From NCBI GenBank assembly GCA_963806535.1, contig CAWDYC010000007.1, positions 224,001 through 288,000 of the forward strand: a stretch of DNA of 64,000 bases, written 5' to 3'. A model generated the notes under the pieces. That model was not told the DNA's origin and did no database searches. It saw nothing but the letters and a program-made list of their open reading frames with translations. Below, in pieces: positions 28,179 to 38,154 of this stretch. Origin of the DNA: Candidatus Bathyarchaeota archaeon. GTDB taxonomy: Archaea; Thermoproteota; Bathyarchaeia; Bathyarchaeales; Bathycorpusculaceae. A program made the position numbers and the translations under genes. Position 1 is the first letter of the stretch. Each line of letters opens with the position of its first letter.

Positions 28179-29012
28179 TTAGCTGACTTGCAGTTCTTGT
28201 ATGAAGGTTCCATGCCAGGTGTGAACCCAGACTTGGCCACTGTAGCCGTTTATGCTTAACATGCCGAATGTAGTGGTTCCGTTGAGGACTTCAATAGTAT
28301 AGTATCCATAGAATGTTGTGACATCGCCAGTTGTGGTTCCCGACAGGTAAGTGTTGAGGTATTGCTGAGCATTAGTTGTTGCTTGAGCTGTAGTGACCGG
28401 CATTACTGTTGTAGGTGTTCCGAAGATTCCGTCTAAGATGCCGCTTCTCATCATGCCATACTTAGTATTCCACATCATGTTGGGTCCCATCTCCGGGTAA
28501 ATGCTCCCAGTGTACTTGTCGATCAGTAGCTCGAATGCTCCGTTGCCTGTGCTTTTCTCGTTAACTTGGACGTAAAAGTTCGCTGAGTACTCTTCAATTT
28601 GCTTTACGACCAAGTCAGGGTTGCCAATTGAAGTTATGTAGTTTTGGGCTATCGTTGCTGCGTTGTTAATGCTTAGTGGAGATCCGTTGTAAGTGTAGGG
28701 TGCTGTATATCCGTAGCCGCTCATCATTCCTCCAAAGCCGTAGCCATTGCCCAGTCGACCCATCATTCCGCCTCCGAACATGAAGGGGTAAACAGGTTGA
28801 TAGTACTGGGTTGATGGTGCGGGGGCGTTAGTTGTGCCTGTTGTGTAAGGTGGATTGCTATATCCATAGCCGGATCCGTAACCTCCGCCCATCATTCCGC
28901 CATAGCCACCGTAACGTCCTCCCATCATGCCTAGGGCGAACACACTTGTGGTTAGCAGGGCAGCCATTACTACTGCGATGCTGACCAATGTTATTATTTT
29001 TGAAGTTTTCAT
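28179..29012 (-). CDS. Secreted Gly/Met/Tyr-rich protein with two PepSY-like C-terminal modules
   Basis: Signal peptide, repeated GMMG(G), ELLIDKYTG..PEMGPNMMWNTKYGMM, LSINGYSGQVWVHTWHG. Confidence 0.8.
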   Translation of the reverse strand: MKTSKIITLVSIAVVMAALLTTSVFALGMMGGRYGGYGGMMGGGYGSGYGYSNPPYTTGTTNAPAPSTQYYQPVYPFMFGGGMMGRLGNGYGFGGMMSGYGYTAPYTYNGSPLSINNAATIAQNYITSIGNPDLVVKQIEEYSANFYVQVNEKSTGNGAFELLIDKYTGSIYPEMGPNMMWNTKYGMMRSGILDGIFGTPTTVMPVTTAQATTNAQQYLNTYLSGTTTGDVTTFYGYYTIEVLNGTTTFGMLSINGYSGQVWVHTWHGTFIQELQVS

Positions 29013-29063
29013 TTTATTTCACCTTTACATATATTATGGTATTCGAATGATATGATAGTTGGC

Positions 29064-29096
29064 TGAAACAGTTGTGAAACAGTTTTGAAACGGTCT
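29064..29096. repeat. Three 11-bp direct repeats upstream of the GMMG-rich gene
   Basis: TGAAACAGTTG TGAAACAGTTT TGAAACGGTCT. Confidence 0.7.
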
Positions 29097-29328
29097 GTTT
29101 TGACCGCGAGATGGCCAACTTGGGTGTTTCTTCCGTTAACCACATCATTCAAACGCATATTCTAATATACTAATATCTTGCTTTTAGGCTTTCCTATGAA
29201 TAACCCAAATTTCTCCATCAAGAAACATGGAAAAGGTTTCCGACCCCCAAGTATCCAGCCTTTACATAAAATAATATTAAATTCGTTAATAACAAAAAAT
29301 ATCTAAAAAAGAAAATGAAAGTGGGGTG

Positions 29329-30393
29329 TTATTGAACGCCTTCGAATAGCCAGCTCATGTCTGGCCCTTTGCGTTTTTCTGGAACACGTTCACATAGTGC
29401 GTGGGCTATCAGTGGCAACGCGATTGTTGCGTCACAGTAACATACAGCCCGTGTGCCTTCTTTGCTGTTTATTTTGCCCCAGCTGATGGCTTCTTCCAAC
29501 GTGCAGCCGCTTAAGCCGCCCCATTGGGGTGAATCAGTGGTTAATTGTATAGCGTATTTGTGGGGGTAGTAGTATTCTTGTAGACCTTTGCGCAAGCCGC
29601 CCTTCCTTCCTTTTACCCCTTGGTCGCATGTTAGTGGTGAGACGGATATGGCAATGAGTTGGGTTAGGTCTTTGGGAACTCCACCGCCGATATAGACTAC
29701 GCCGACCTCTTTGGTTTTTGTTCCTATACTGACAAATTGGTCAAATTCTTTAACAGAATCAATGACGACGTTATGTCCTTGGTTTTTAGCCATCAAAAAG
29801 GTTTCTCCGTAGGCGCTATCAACCATGGCTGGGCTGAAAATTGGGACACCGTTGGCTGCTGCAATTGCAGAGATTGCGGGGATTTTTTTCTTACCCAGAT
29901 ATTTTCCAAGCAGGTAGAGGAATTCGGCTGATGTATAGTTGTAATCGGTTTTACAGGTCATGACGAAGTCTGTGACAAGCGTTTCCATTTCTCGGTAGTC
30001 GGTTTCTTTGCCATAGACATCATAGTAACGGTTGACATCATCATGGAGCAACTGCTCGTCATTCACCATGTGGCTGCCTTGATAGTAACCTAAACCCATG
30101 GCGTCTACAATGTCTTCTGAAACGTTTGCACCAGTGGAAACCAGCACGTCGATGAAACGGTTTTCCATAAGCCAATTGATTATTGTCCATTGACCGGCTG
30201 TGCTCATTGATCCTGCAAAGCCCATTGCAATTGTGAGGTCTTTTTCTTTAAGCATGTTTTCCCAAACATCAACAGCTTCACCAAGTTTGCGTCCTTGGTA
30301 AGCGGTTTTGCTCATTTCCGTTAAAAGTTGTGAAATGCTTTTTTGTTTAACTTTGATTGGTTCGAGTTTCTTTTTGAAATATGGATCGCTCAT
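29329..30393 (-). CDS. Second deoxyhypusine synthase-like protein (DHS/homospermidine-synthase-like clade)
   Basis: YQGRKLGEA, VSTGAN, SPAMVDS, GGGVPKD, WGGLSGCTLEEAISWGK, CDATIALP. Confidence 0.88.
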   Translation of the reverse strand: MSDPYFKKKLEPIKVKQKSISQLLTEMSKTAYQGRKLGEAVDVWENMLKEKDLTIAMGFAGSMSTAGQWTIINWLMENRFIDVLVSTGANVSEDIVDAMGLGYYQGSHMVNDEQLLHDDVNRYYDVYGKETDYREMETLVTDFVMTCKTDYNYTSAEFLYLLGKYLGKKKIPAISAIAAANGVPIFSPAMVDSAYGETFLMAKNQGHNVVIDSVKEFDQFVSIGTKTKEVGVVYIGGGVPKDLTQLIAISVSPLTCDQGVKGRKGGLRKGLQEYYYPHKYAIQLTTDSPQWGGLSGCTLEEAISWGKINSKEGTRAVCYCDATIALPLIAHALCERVPEKRKGPDMSWLFEGVQ

Positions 30394-30827
30394 TAGTGTG
30401 CACCTCGTTTTACATTATTAGGCTTGTATATGAAATTTGCCATTGCAAAAATTAGCCACTTATGCCTCTGATGACGTTATCTCAACCAGAATTCAGTCAC
30501 CATGTGCGTACACTATAAAGGTTTGTTTGAAGTGTTATTTATTTTATATTAACCCCGCTAATAGCAATATCCGCAAATGATTTTTAAGGAATCTTGAAAA
30601 CTGAAAAAATCCAGCCAAGTCCTGCCGGAGCGCTTACACAATATCATCGAGGATCCAGTGAACAGCATAAAGAATTGCACTGCAAAATCTTGCAGGTAAA
30701 AAACCTTATCTCCTTTAAGGTAACGTATATACAAATGTACTGACAAAACGTATATATTTCTAGCTACCGGAAGGTAGCGAAAAAAAAAATTTAAAACCAA
30801 AACTTGAAATTCAATTAGTTTTGAAAG

Positions 30828-32777
30828 CTACATTTTTTCTGGCGCCACGACACCGATCAGAGTTAATGCGTTATGCATTACGATTTGTATTGATTGAGTT
30901 AATGTTAAGCGTGCATCGCTAAGATCTTGTGAGTCAGCTTTTATGACAGACAAAGCATTGTAAAATGTGTTGAATTTGTCCGCTAAAGCGTTTACGTAGT
31001 CAGCAATCAAATTCGGCTTAAGGTACTCTGTGGCTTCGATAAAGGTGTCTGGGAAACTTGCAAGATTCAAGATAAGTTCGTACTCAAGTTTCTCCTTGAG
31101 CAATTCGTAAGCTGGTTCTGCTGGTTCTCTTGCTGCCTTCCGCAAAATGCTACACGCCCTTGCATGAGTATATTGCACGTATGGTGCGCTGTTGGTTTCG
31201 AAGTTTAGAACCCGTTCCCAAGTGAATATAACTGGTTTTGATGTGTCAACATCAACAAGAGCATAACGCACAGCGCCTAATCCGACGAAGTTAGCGATTT
31301 TACGTTTTTCCTCTTCCGAAAGCTGCGGGGAACGCTTCGAAACTTCTTCGTAAGCACGTTGAACTGCTTCGTCGAGAACTTGGTCAAAAGTGATGTAGTG
31401 CCCTCTGCGGCTACTCATCTTGTACCCTGGCAAAGTAACCAAGTTGTAAGCGAAATGAACCAAATTCTCAGCGTATTCGCTGTAGCCTAAAGCAAAAAGA
31501 GCAATTTTTAGTTGCAGCTGCGCCAGCGACTGCTCCACTCCAATAACATTGACAACTTTTTGCGCGTGCTTGAATTTCCACAGAGTGTAAGCTAAATCTC
31601 GAGTGGTGTACAATGTTGTGCCGTCTGCCCGCCCAAGCGTCAAAGGTGGAACTTCATTATTCTCGCTCAACCCCAACTTGGGCTTCAACTTTAGGGTCTC
31701 GACAACTTTTTCGGCGTCAAATTCTACCACGCCTTCTTCGCTATAGACGAAGGGTGAAGTCTTAAGCTTCTGCAAAACCTCATTAACTTGCCCACTCCAA
31801 ACGAAGTCGCTTTCCCAATCCCATGAGTCATATGTAACTTCAACTCGCTTCATGGTTTCTCGAAAGCCCTCAAGGCATAGGTCGCTTACTTCTCTAATGA
31901 GTTTTTTAGCTTTGGGTTCTCCGTCTTCATAAGCACGATTTAAACGGTTTATTTCTTCCTCAGGATTTTCATCTTCTCCGATTTTAATCATTAACAAATC
32001 AAAAAGCACAGGATATTTCTCTTTGAGTTCGGCGGCGATTGACATCCACTCGTCAATTTCCTTGTTTGCCTTAACCAAATCGTCTGTTGACTGGACGACG
32101 ATAGCGAGGTCACGAGCTTTTTTTAACCGATTAATTTCAACAAGGCAGCTTGTTACTGTGTAGATTTTGCCTACATAAAGGTCTGGTTTTTCCGTTGGCT
32201 TTGGTCTACCAAGTTTTTCGTAGCCGTAAGCCACTACAGATGATTGTCTACCAACATCGTCAATGTAATAGTGAGTTGAAACTTCATGTCCTCTGCACTC
32301 TAAGATGCGTGCTAAAGCATCACCCAACATTGGGTTTCTAGCTTGTCCAATATGAATTGGATGAAGAGGATTAACGCTTGTGTGCTCCACAATAAATTTG
32401 GTCGGGTTAGCCGCTTTAACAAAGCCATACTCAAATTTTAATTCCTTAATCGACTTGAGGGTTAAAGCTGAAAATTTGGCGAAGTTTACATGAAAATTTA
32501 TGTATCCTGCACCCGCGCAGGAAACTTTTTCAATAAGATTAAAGCCGGACTTGTCGATTGCCTCAACCAAAAGCTGGGCAACACTTAGCGGCTTCTGGTT
32601 CAGTTTTTTTGCGAGTTCAAAACAGAGCGACGAAGCTAATTGACCATACTCTATGTTTGGTGTTTTACTCAGCGTTATCGCGGGCATTTTTATTTCCGGC
32701 AAAGTTTTCTTCAACGCGTTCCCTAATGCGGTTTGACATTCTTGGCGGAATTGATCGAATGGATTTTCTGAAATCAT
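30828..32777 (-). CDS. argS: Arginyl-tRNA synthetase
   Basis: EHTSVNPLHPIHIGQARN (HIGH-like), KMSSRRG, APYVQYTHARACSIL, C-terminal PEKM. Confidence 0.97.
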   Translation of the reverse strand: MISENPFDQFRQECQTALGNALKKTLPEIKMPAITLSKTPNIEYGQLASSLCFELAKKLNQKPLSVAQLLVEAIDKSGFNLIEKVSCAGAGYINFHVNFAKFSALTLKSIKELKFEYGFVKAANPTKFIVEHTSVNPLHPIHIGQARNPMLGDALARILECRGHEVSTHYYIDDVGRQSSVVAYGYEKLGRPKPTEKPDLYVGKIYTVTSCLVEINRLKKARDLAIVVQSTDDLVKANKEIDEWMSIAAELKEKYPVLFDLLMIKIGEDENPEEEINRLNRAYEDGEPKAKKLIREVSDLCLEGFRETMKRVEVTYDSWDWESDFVWSGQVNEVLQKLKTSPFVYSEEGVVEFDAEKVVETLKLKPKLGLSENNEVPPLTLGRADGTTLYTTRDLAYTLWKFKHAQKVVNVIGVEQSLAQLQLKIALFALGYSEYAENLVHFAYNLVTLPGYKMSSRRGHYITFDQVLDEAVQRAYEEVSKRSPQLSEEEKRKIANFVGLGAVRYALVDVDTSKPVIFTWERVLNFETNSAPYVQYTHARACSILRKAAREPAEPAYELLKEKLEYELILNLASFPDTFIEATEYLKPNLIADYVNALADKFNTFYNALSVIKADSQDLSDARLTLTQSIQIVMHNALTLIGVVAPEKM

Positions 32778-32873
32778 ATGATGTTTACCTTTTCCTTGTT
32801 GACACTAAGTTTGTTTGGGTTATGTTTTTTAAATGTGTAAGCATATTTATCTGTCTAATGGATGCAGTTTGCG

Positions 32874-33722
32874 ATGAAAACAAAGATAGTCTATTCAGAA
32901 AAATGTTTAGGCTATGGCACTTGGCACATTGAAGGACCACAAAGAGTTAAAACCGCACACGAAATTTTGAAGGCAAAGGGCTACGAATTTGTGCTTCCAA
33001 CGCCTGCAAGTGAAGATGACTTGTTTACTGTTCATGATCCAGAATACATTTGGAAAGTTAAAAAAGGCTTAGTGGAAGATTCAGACACTCCAGCTTATGA
33101 CAACATCTACGAGTTCGCAAGACTTTCCGCAGGCGGCGCAATTTTATCAAGCAAAATCAATGGATTTTCCCTTATGCGTCCACCAGGACATCATGTGGGC
33201 AAATATGGAGCTGCGTTGGGCGTTTATACCCGTGGGTTCTGTTACTTCAATAATATTTCAGTAGCAGTTAAGCAATTATGCAAAAAGACTTTGATTTTAG
33301 ATATTGATGGTCATCATGGAAATGGAACTCAAGAGGTTTTTCAAGGTGACGAAAAAGTAACTTATCTTTCCGTGCATCAATCACCAAACTACCCAGGAAC
33401 TGGCGCTTTTACAGAGGGAAATTGCATCAATTTAGCTTTGCCGCCAGACTGCGGAGGAAAACGGTATTTGGAAACGCTTGACAAAGCACTCAGCATGATT
33501 GATTTAAGTAAGATTGAGCAAGTTGCAGTTTCTTGTGGTTTTGACACTCACCATGGAGATTTAGCATCTTTAGGCCTAGTCGATAAAGATTACCTTGAAA
33601 TTGGCAAAAGAATTGGATGCTTCAAAAAATCGACATTTTTTGTTTTGGAAGGTGGCTACGTGGGCGAAAATGTTGGTTTTGACATTGATAATTTATTGAA
33701 AGGTTACGAAGAAAATAGATGA
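32874..33722 (+). CDS. Histone-deacetylase family (AcuC/AphA-like) amidohydrolase
   Basis: RPPGHH, GFCYFNN, DIDGHHGNGTQ, GFDTH..D, LEGGY. Confidence 0.92.
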   Translation: MKTKIVYSEKCLGYGTWHIEGPQRVKTAHEILKAKGYEFVLPTPASEDDLFTVHDPEYIWKVKKGLVEDSDTPAYDNIYEFARLSAGGAILSSKINGFSLMRPPGHHVGKYGAALGVYTRGFCYFNNISVAVKQLCKKTLILDIDGHHGNGTQEVFQGDEKVTYLSVHQSPNYPGTGAFTEGNCINLALPPDCGGKRYLETLDKALSMIDLSKIEQVAVSCGFDTHHGDLASLGLVDKDYLEIGKRIGCFKKSTFFVLEGGYVGENVGFDIDNLLKGYEENR

Positions 33723-34358
33723 TTTAGAAAAAGAAGTTATTTTTGTTCTTTGTGAAAGTGCCTTCTTGTTTAACGCTTGCAGTTTTTCTGTGACTTTTTC
33801 AGATCTTTTCTCAGCTTTTGCCAACAGTGGTTTCCAATCTTTATTTTTGACTATAGTGGTTAATACCTCAGTTTGCGCAGGCAACTTTTCTAGTGCATCA
33901 TTAAAGCGTTTATCTGCTGCTTCATCAGATTCAACTATTTCTAAAGCTTCCTCTGGACATGCGTCAACACATTTTGGTTCGCCTTCGCAGAGGTCACAAG
34001 CAATTGCTTTTCCAGTATCAGCATGTATGGTTATTCCGCCGTGATCGCAAGCTTGAACGCACCAATCGCATCCTTTACATTTTGTTTGATCAATAATTAG
34101 CAAACTTGTATTCTCTGACTGTGAAATTGCTCGTTCAGGACATGCTTTGACACATTTAGCGTCTTTACATGCTCGGCATGACAACGCAAAATTGAAAACA
34201 GGCGCCATTCGCACTACTCGGATTCTAGATCTGATTGGATTCCAGACGCCTTCGCCCTTTTCTACTGTGCAAGCATACTCGCAGATCCCGCAGCCAATGC
34301 ATTTTCCAGGATCTACGGAAACGAATTTTCTTTTCTGTTCGGTTTTAGCAGATTGCAT
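33693..34358 (-). CDS. 4Fe-4S dicluster (CooF/HycB-like) electron-transfer protein with helical C-terminal extension
   Basis: CIGCGICEYAC, CRAC..AKCVKACP, CKGCDWCVQAC, CDLC..PKCVDACP. Confidence 0.9.
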   Translation of the reverse strand: MQSAKTEQKRKFVSVDPGKCIGCGICEYACTVEKGEGVWNPIRSRIRVVRMAPVFNFALSCRACKDAKCVKACPERAISQSENTSLLIIDQTKCKGCDWCVQACDHGGITIHADTGKAIACDLCEGEPKCVDACPEEALEIVESDEAADKRFNDALEKLPAQTEVLTTIVKNKDWKPLLAKAEKRSEKVTEKLQALNKKALSQRTKITSFSKSSIFFVTFQ

Positions 34359-34509
34359 TTTTAACCAAACCTTTGGGTTTTAGATATTGTGTACATAATA
34401 GGCTTTTAACCATTACTTAAGATAAACGGTTTTTTGATGGAAATCCACTGGATCAAACAGGGTAATAAAACTGCCTATAACATCCTTAGTTCTGCATTGA
34501 TCCTCTGTT

Positions 34510-34975
34510 TCAAGAGGGGTCATCACTATTTTGTTCATCTGCCATCGCTTTTGCCAATAGCTTCCAGGCAGCCGCATCTTCTTTGCATAATCGATGGGCA
34601 AGTAGCTTATCATCTTCTTTTTCGTCATACTCTATGTGAGCAGCGGAAGTTTAATGCCGAGGCATCTTTGCCCTGAGGAATAATCTTGTAAAGAAATTGG
34701 GAGTATTTGTTTGGACCTGTTAAATGTGTAGAAGTCCACGAAAGTTCCTTAGGATAAACTTGTACAAGCTTTTGCTTCTCTGAAGTTTCTCCTCTTAAAT
34801 GGAAAGTATCTTTAAGGATGAATGTGCCTGATGTGATTTGGATAATTTTTCGCTCAGCATTCTCAACGCCCATCAATACATGATCTTTCGGGTCAAAGTC
34901 AATGCACCAATCGAACGCCTTCTGGGCAGAGACAGCAAAACGCTGACTAAAATGATACCCAACATTCAAAGCCAT
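34510..34975 (-). pseudogene. Frameshifted hypothetical (SRPBCC-like) gene
   Basis: ORF 34625..34975 continues after a frameshift near 34645 as AHIEYDEKEDDKLLAHRLCKEDAAAWKLLAKAMADEQ to a TGA at 34510. Could be a sequencing error. Confidence 0.55.
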
Positions 34976-35047
34976 TTGTATCGCTAGTTATCTGTGTAAA
35001 AATAGTTTATATTAAATTTTTGCTGTCGTAAATCTCTAATATTAATT

Positions 35048-35135
35048 TGGTGCGGAGGGTGGGATTTGAACCCACGAACCCCTGCGGGATAGGAGCCTCA
35101 GTCCTACGCCTTTGGCCATGCTGGGCGACCTCCGC
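35048..35135 (-). tRNA. tRNA-Leu(GAG), CCA encoded, no intron
   Basis: Acceptor GCGGAGG/CCTCCGC-ACCA, anticodon arm TAGGA-CTGAGGC-TCCTA, long variable arm, GGTTCAAATCC T-loop. Confidence 0.96.
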
Positions 35136-35294
35136 ATGATGTTTTTTGTTTTTTGAGGTTGGTGCGAAATATAGAATTAGTCTTGGCATTTAAAGGCTTT
35201 ACTTTAAGTTGGCGTGCGGTGGGTTGTTAGATTTGTTTATTACTTTGATTTTGATGATTGTTTTTTGGGGATAGTAAAGTTTATTTCCTCAAGT

Positions 35295-35313
35295 ATTATA
35301 ACAGTGTTATAAT
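35295..35313. promoter_or_regulatory. Palindromic candidate operator upstream of cysK
   Basis: ATTATAAC-AGT-GTTATAAT perfect inverted repeat, 12 nt before the ATG at 35326. Confidence 0.5.
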
Positions 35314-35325
35314 TGGTGATTGAAC

Positions 35326-36276
35326 ATGACAAAAATCTACTCCAACGTTCTCGAAACCATAGGAAAAACACCACTCGTAAAACTAAACAAATTAACCCAA
35401 GACACAAACGCCATTGTATTAGTAAAACTTGAGGCGCGCAACCCCGGAGGAAGTGTCAAAGACCGCATCTGCTTAAGCATGGTAGCGGAAGCAGAAAAAC
35501 AAGGCATAATCAAACCCGGCGCAACCCTCATCGAACCCACAAGCGGCAACACAGGCATCGGCTTAGCAATGGTTGCGGCAGTCAAAGGATATAAACTTAC
35601 ACTCACCATGCCAGAAACCATGAGTATAGAACGCAGAAACCTACTCAAAGCATATGGTGCACAACTCGTCCTCACCCCCGGACCAGACGGCATGGGCGGT
35701 GCCATCAAAAAAGCCGAAGAACTCGTGACGAACACACCCAACAGCTTCATGCCACAGCAATTCAAAAACTTAGCAAACCCGAAAGTTCACAGAGAAACTA
35801 CAGGCCCTGAAATCTGGGAAGACACAGATGGAAAAGTAGACATTGTGGTTGCAGGAGTTGGAACAGGCGGGACAATAACGGGCATTGCTCAGTACATTAA
35901 GCCGCTGAAACCAGGGTTCAAAGCAGTGGCTGTTGAACCGGCAGCTTCGCCAGTCTTAAGCGGTGGACAAAAAGGACCGCACAAAATTCAGGGAATAGGT
36001 GCAGGCTTCAAACCAGACGTGCTTAAACTAGATTTAGTGGATGAAATCTTTAAGGTAAAAGATGACGATGCCCTTCAGACTGCTAGGCAACTCGCTCAAA
36101 TAGAAGGGTTGCTCGTAGGCATATCGTCAGGTGCAGCAGCTTACGCAGCCATAGAAATAGCGAAAAGACCAGAAAACAATGGCAAACTTGTAGTTGCAAT
36201 CTTACCGGATACAGGCGAACGCTATCTCAGTACAGTACTATTCCAAGAACCGCCAAATACAAATTCAAACATCTGA
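35326..36276 (+). CDS. cysK: Cysteine synthase A (O-acetylserine sulfhydrylase)
   Basis: NPGGSVKDR (PLP lysine), [36 protein letters not shown]. Confidence 0.96.
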   Translation: MTKIYSNVLETIGKTPLVKLNKLTQDTNAIVLVKLEARNPGGSVKDRICLSMVAEAEKQGIIKPGATLIEPTSGNTGIGLAMVAAVKGYKLTLTMPETMSIERRNLLKAYGAQLVLTPGPDGMGGAIKKAEELVTNTPNSFMPQQFKNLANPKVHRETTGPEIWEDTDGKVDIVVAGVGTGGTITGIAQYIKPLKPGFKAVAVEPAASPVLSGGQKGPHKIQGIGAGFKPDVLKLDLVDEIFKVKDDDALQTARQLAQIEGLLVGISSGAAAYAAIEIAKRPENNGKLVVAILPDTGERYLSTVLFQEPPNTNSNI

Positions 36277-36344
36277 GCCCGTTTTTTTAAGACGCTTCTC
36301 TTATATCCTTCTTTTTTACAATAATGTGAGGAAGGAAAGCTAAA

Positions 36345-37406
36345 ATGTCAGCAAAAGCTAGCCAGCCTCGACCAAAAAACTGCGAAGAATGTGCAGAGCA
36401 GAATCGGGATATTGATTGCTGGAACCCAGATCGCATGCTAGATGCACTTATGCGTAACCATGATAAAGTGGAGAAAGACTGGGTCGAAAAAGGTTTGCCG
36501 AAATTAGTTGACGAGATGATGGCTAACTATGAAGCTTTCGGCGGCATGGATCATCTCGAAGGAAAAGATTTACCGTCAAAAAAAGTGGTTATTGAAGTTT
36601 TAGAGGATTTATTTACTGTATTATTTCCTGGGTATCTCGGAAAGGAAGAGATGACGAAAGCTAACATAAAATATCGGTTAGGCTCCACGTTAACTTCAGT
36701 TTATACCCGCCTCACAGGCGAAATCGAGAAAAGTCTAAAATATATTTGCAGAAAAATAAGTGATTGCCCGCAAGATGTTTGTCAAAAACGAGCTCACGTA
36801 GTGGTCAAAGAACTTTTAGAGAGGCTTCCGCAAATAAGGGCGACATTAAGCGGTGACATCCAAGCAGCTTACGCAGGTGACCCAGCAGCAGTAAGTACAG
36901 ACGAAGTTATCCTGAGCTATCCATGTGTACTTGCCATTACAACCTACAGGATAGCACATGAACTTTATCTTGAGGGCATCCCGTTGATTCCGCGAATAAT
37001 GAGTGAACATGTCCACTCTTTGACTGGAATCGATATTCATCCAGGCGCAAGAATCGGAAAGAACTTCTTCATAGATCATGGCACTGGCGTTGTTATAGGA
37101 GAGACGGCAGAAATAGGCGATAACGTGAAACTTTATCAAGGAGTAACATTGGGTGCTCTTAGCTTTCCAAAAGATGAGAAGGGAAATATCATTAAAGGCA
37201 GAAAACGTCATCCCACAGTTGGAAATAACGTGGTTATCTATTCAGGTGCAACTTTGCTTGGAGCGGAAGCAGTAATAGGAGACAATGTAGTGATTGGCGG
37301 AAATGTCTGGGTAACCTCATCGGTTGCTTCAGGAACAAAAATAACTATTTCTGCCCCAGAACTAAGATACAAAAAAGAAAACCATACTCCTAAACCTGAA
37401 ACTTAG
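36345..37406 (+). CDS. cysE: Serine O-acetyltransferase (EpsC-type long form)
   Basis: [38 protein letters not shown]. Confidence 0.93.
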   Translation: MSAKASQPRPKNCEECAEQNRDIDCWNPDRMLDALMRNHDKVEKDWVEKGLPKLVDEMMANYEAFGGMDHLEGKDLPSKKVVIEVLEDLFTVLFPGYLGKEEMTKANIKYRLGSTLTSVYTRLTGEIEKSLKYICRKISDCPQDVCQKRAHVVVKELLERLPQIRATLSGDIQAAYAGDPAAVSTDEVILSYPCVLAITTYRIAHELYLEGIPLIPRIMSEHVHSLTGIDIHPGARIGKNFFIDHGTGVVIGETAEIGDNVKLYQGVTLGALSFPKDEKGNIIKGRKRHPTVGNNVVIYSGATLLGAEAVIGDNVVIGGNVWVTSSVASGTKITISAPELRYKKENHTPKPET

Positions 37407-37485
37407 CTTACCTGCAACTAATGTTTTGAATAGCACCGTCTAAGAAAGCAAAGCTTACTCGCTTACGAGGGCAATTGAATGTAGT

Positions 37486-37929
37486 TTACAACAGGCGGAA
37501 ATTTTCCTTAACTGTTGTCAAAACCACATGTGTATTTGTCCGTTCGATATAGGGCAAAGATAACAGTTTCTTGGTAAACGCGCCTAGGTCTTCTCGACTC
37601 TTAAATTTAGCAACAATAATTGCATCAGTTAAGCCTGTTACGTCGTAAACACTGCACACATTGGATATTTTGGCTATTTCATTTTCAGTTTCTACAAGTC
37701 TCCCCTTTGAAACAGTAATTTCAGTCACAACCGTCAATTGGAAACCAAGTTTCTCATGATCCAAAAGAACTGAATAACCTTTAATGAGACCTTCTTCTTC
37801 CATCCTTTTTATTCTAGACAGAACGGTTCCAACTGATACACCCACGTTCTTCGCGATTTGCCTGCTTGAAAACCTCGCATCTTCTAAAAGGGCTTTGAGA
37901 ATTTTTAAGTCTGTTTCGTTTAGATCCAT
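37486..37929 (-). CDS. Lrp/AsnC family transcriptional regulator
   Basis: MDLNETDLKILKALLEDARFS HTH, VYDVTGLTD, RTNTHVVL; probable start at 37929. Confidence 0.92.
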   Translation of the reverse strand: MDLNETDLKILKALLEDARFSSRQIAKNVGVSVGTVLSRIKRMEEEGLIKGYSVLLDHEKLGFQLTVVTEITVSKGRLVETENEIAKISNVCSVYDVTGLTDAIIVAKFKSREDLGAFTKKLLSLPYIERTNTHVVLTTVKENFRLL

Positions 37930-38154
37930 AACACAACTTCCTAAACATTCTTTCAATTAAACTGGCTTTTTTGAAACATTAGTTTTAACTATCATAGGAT
38001 TATGTTAATAAAAGTTTAGCTTTTACCTCTAGCCAATAAATGTGAAAGCAATGCAAAAAAACATTTCTTCCATTTAAAGATAGCTTTGACTTTAACAAGA
38101 AATAGAGAGCAATCTTAAATTACTAGCTCAAACCCCAATAAATGGTGCCTGAAA

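Noticed and set aside
30394-30556. Riboswitch, C/D sRNA or uORF (MVTEFWLR) in the leader of the second DHS-like gene
   Set aside because: Only partial motif matches (TGATGA without a properly placed CTGA; no fluoride-riboswitch core), and an 8-codon ORF is expected by chance.
30558-30800. 80-aa ORF downstream of argS
   Set aside because: No motif or RBS; it crosses the T-rich terminator/hairpin region after argS.
33693-35135. Integrated element at the tRNA-Leu 3' end
   Set aside because: No integrase and no duplicated tRNA 3' fragment (att site) found by eye in the window.
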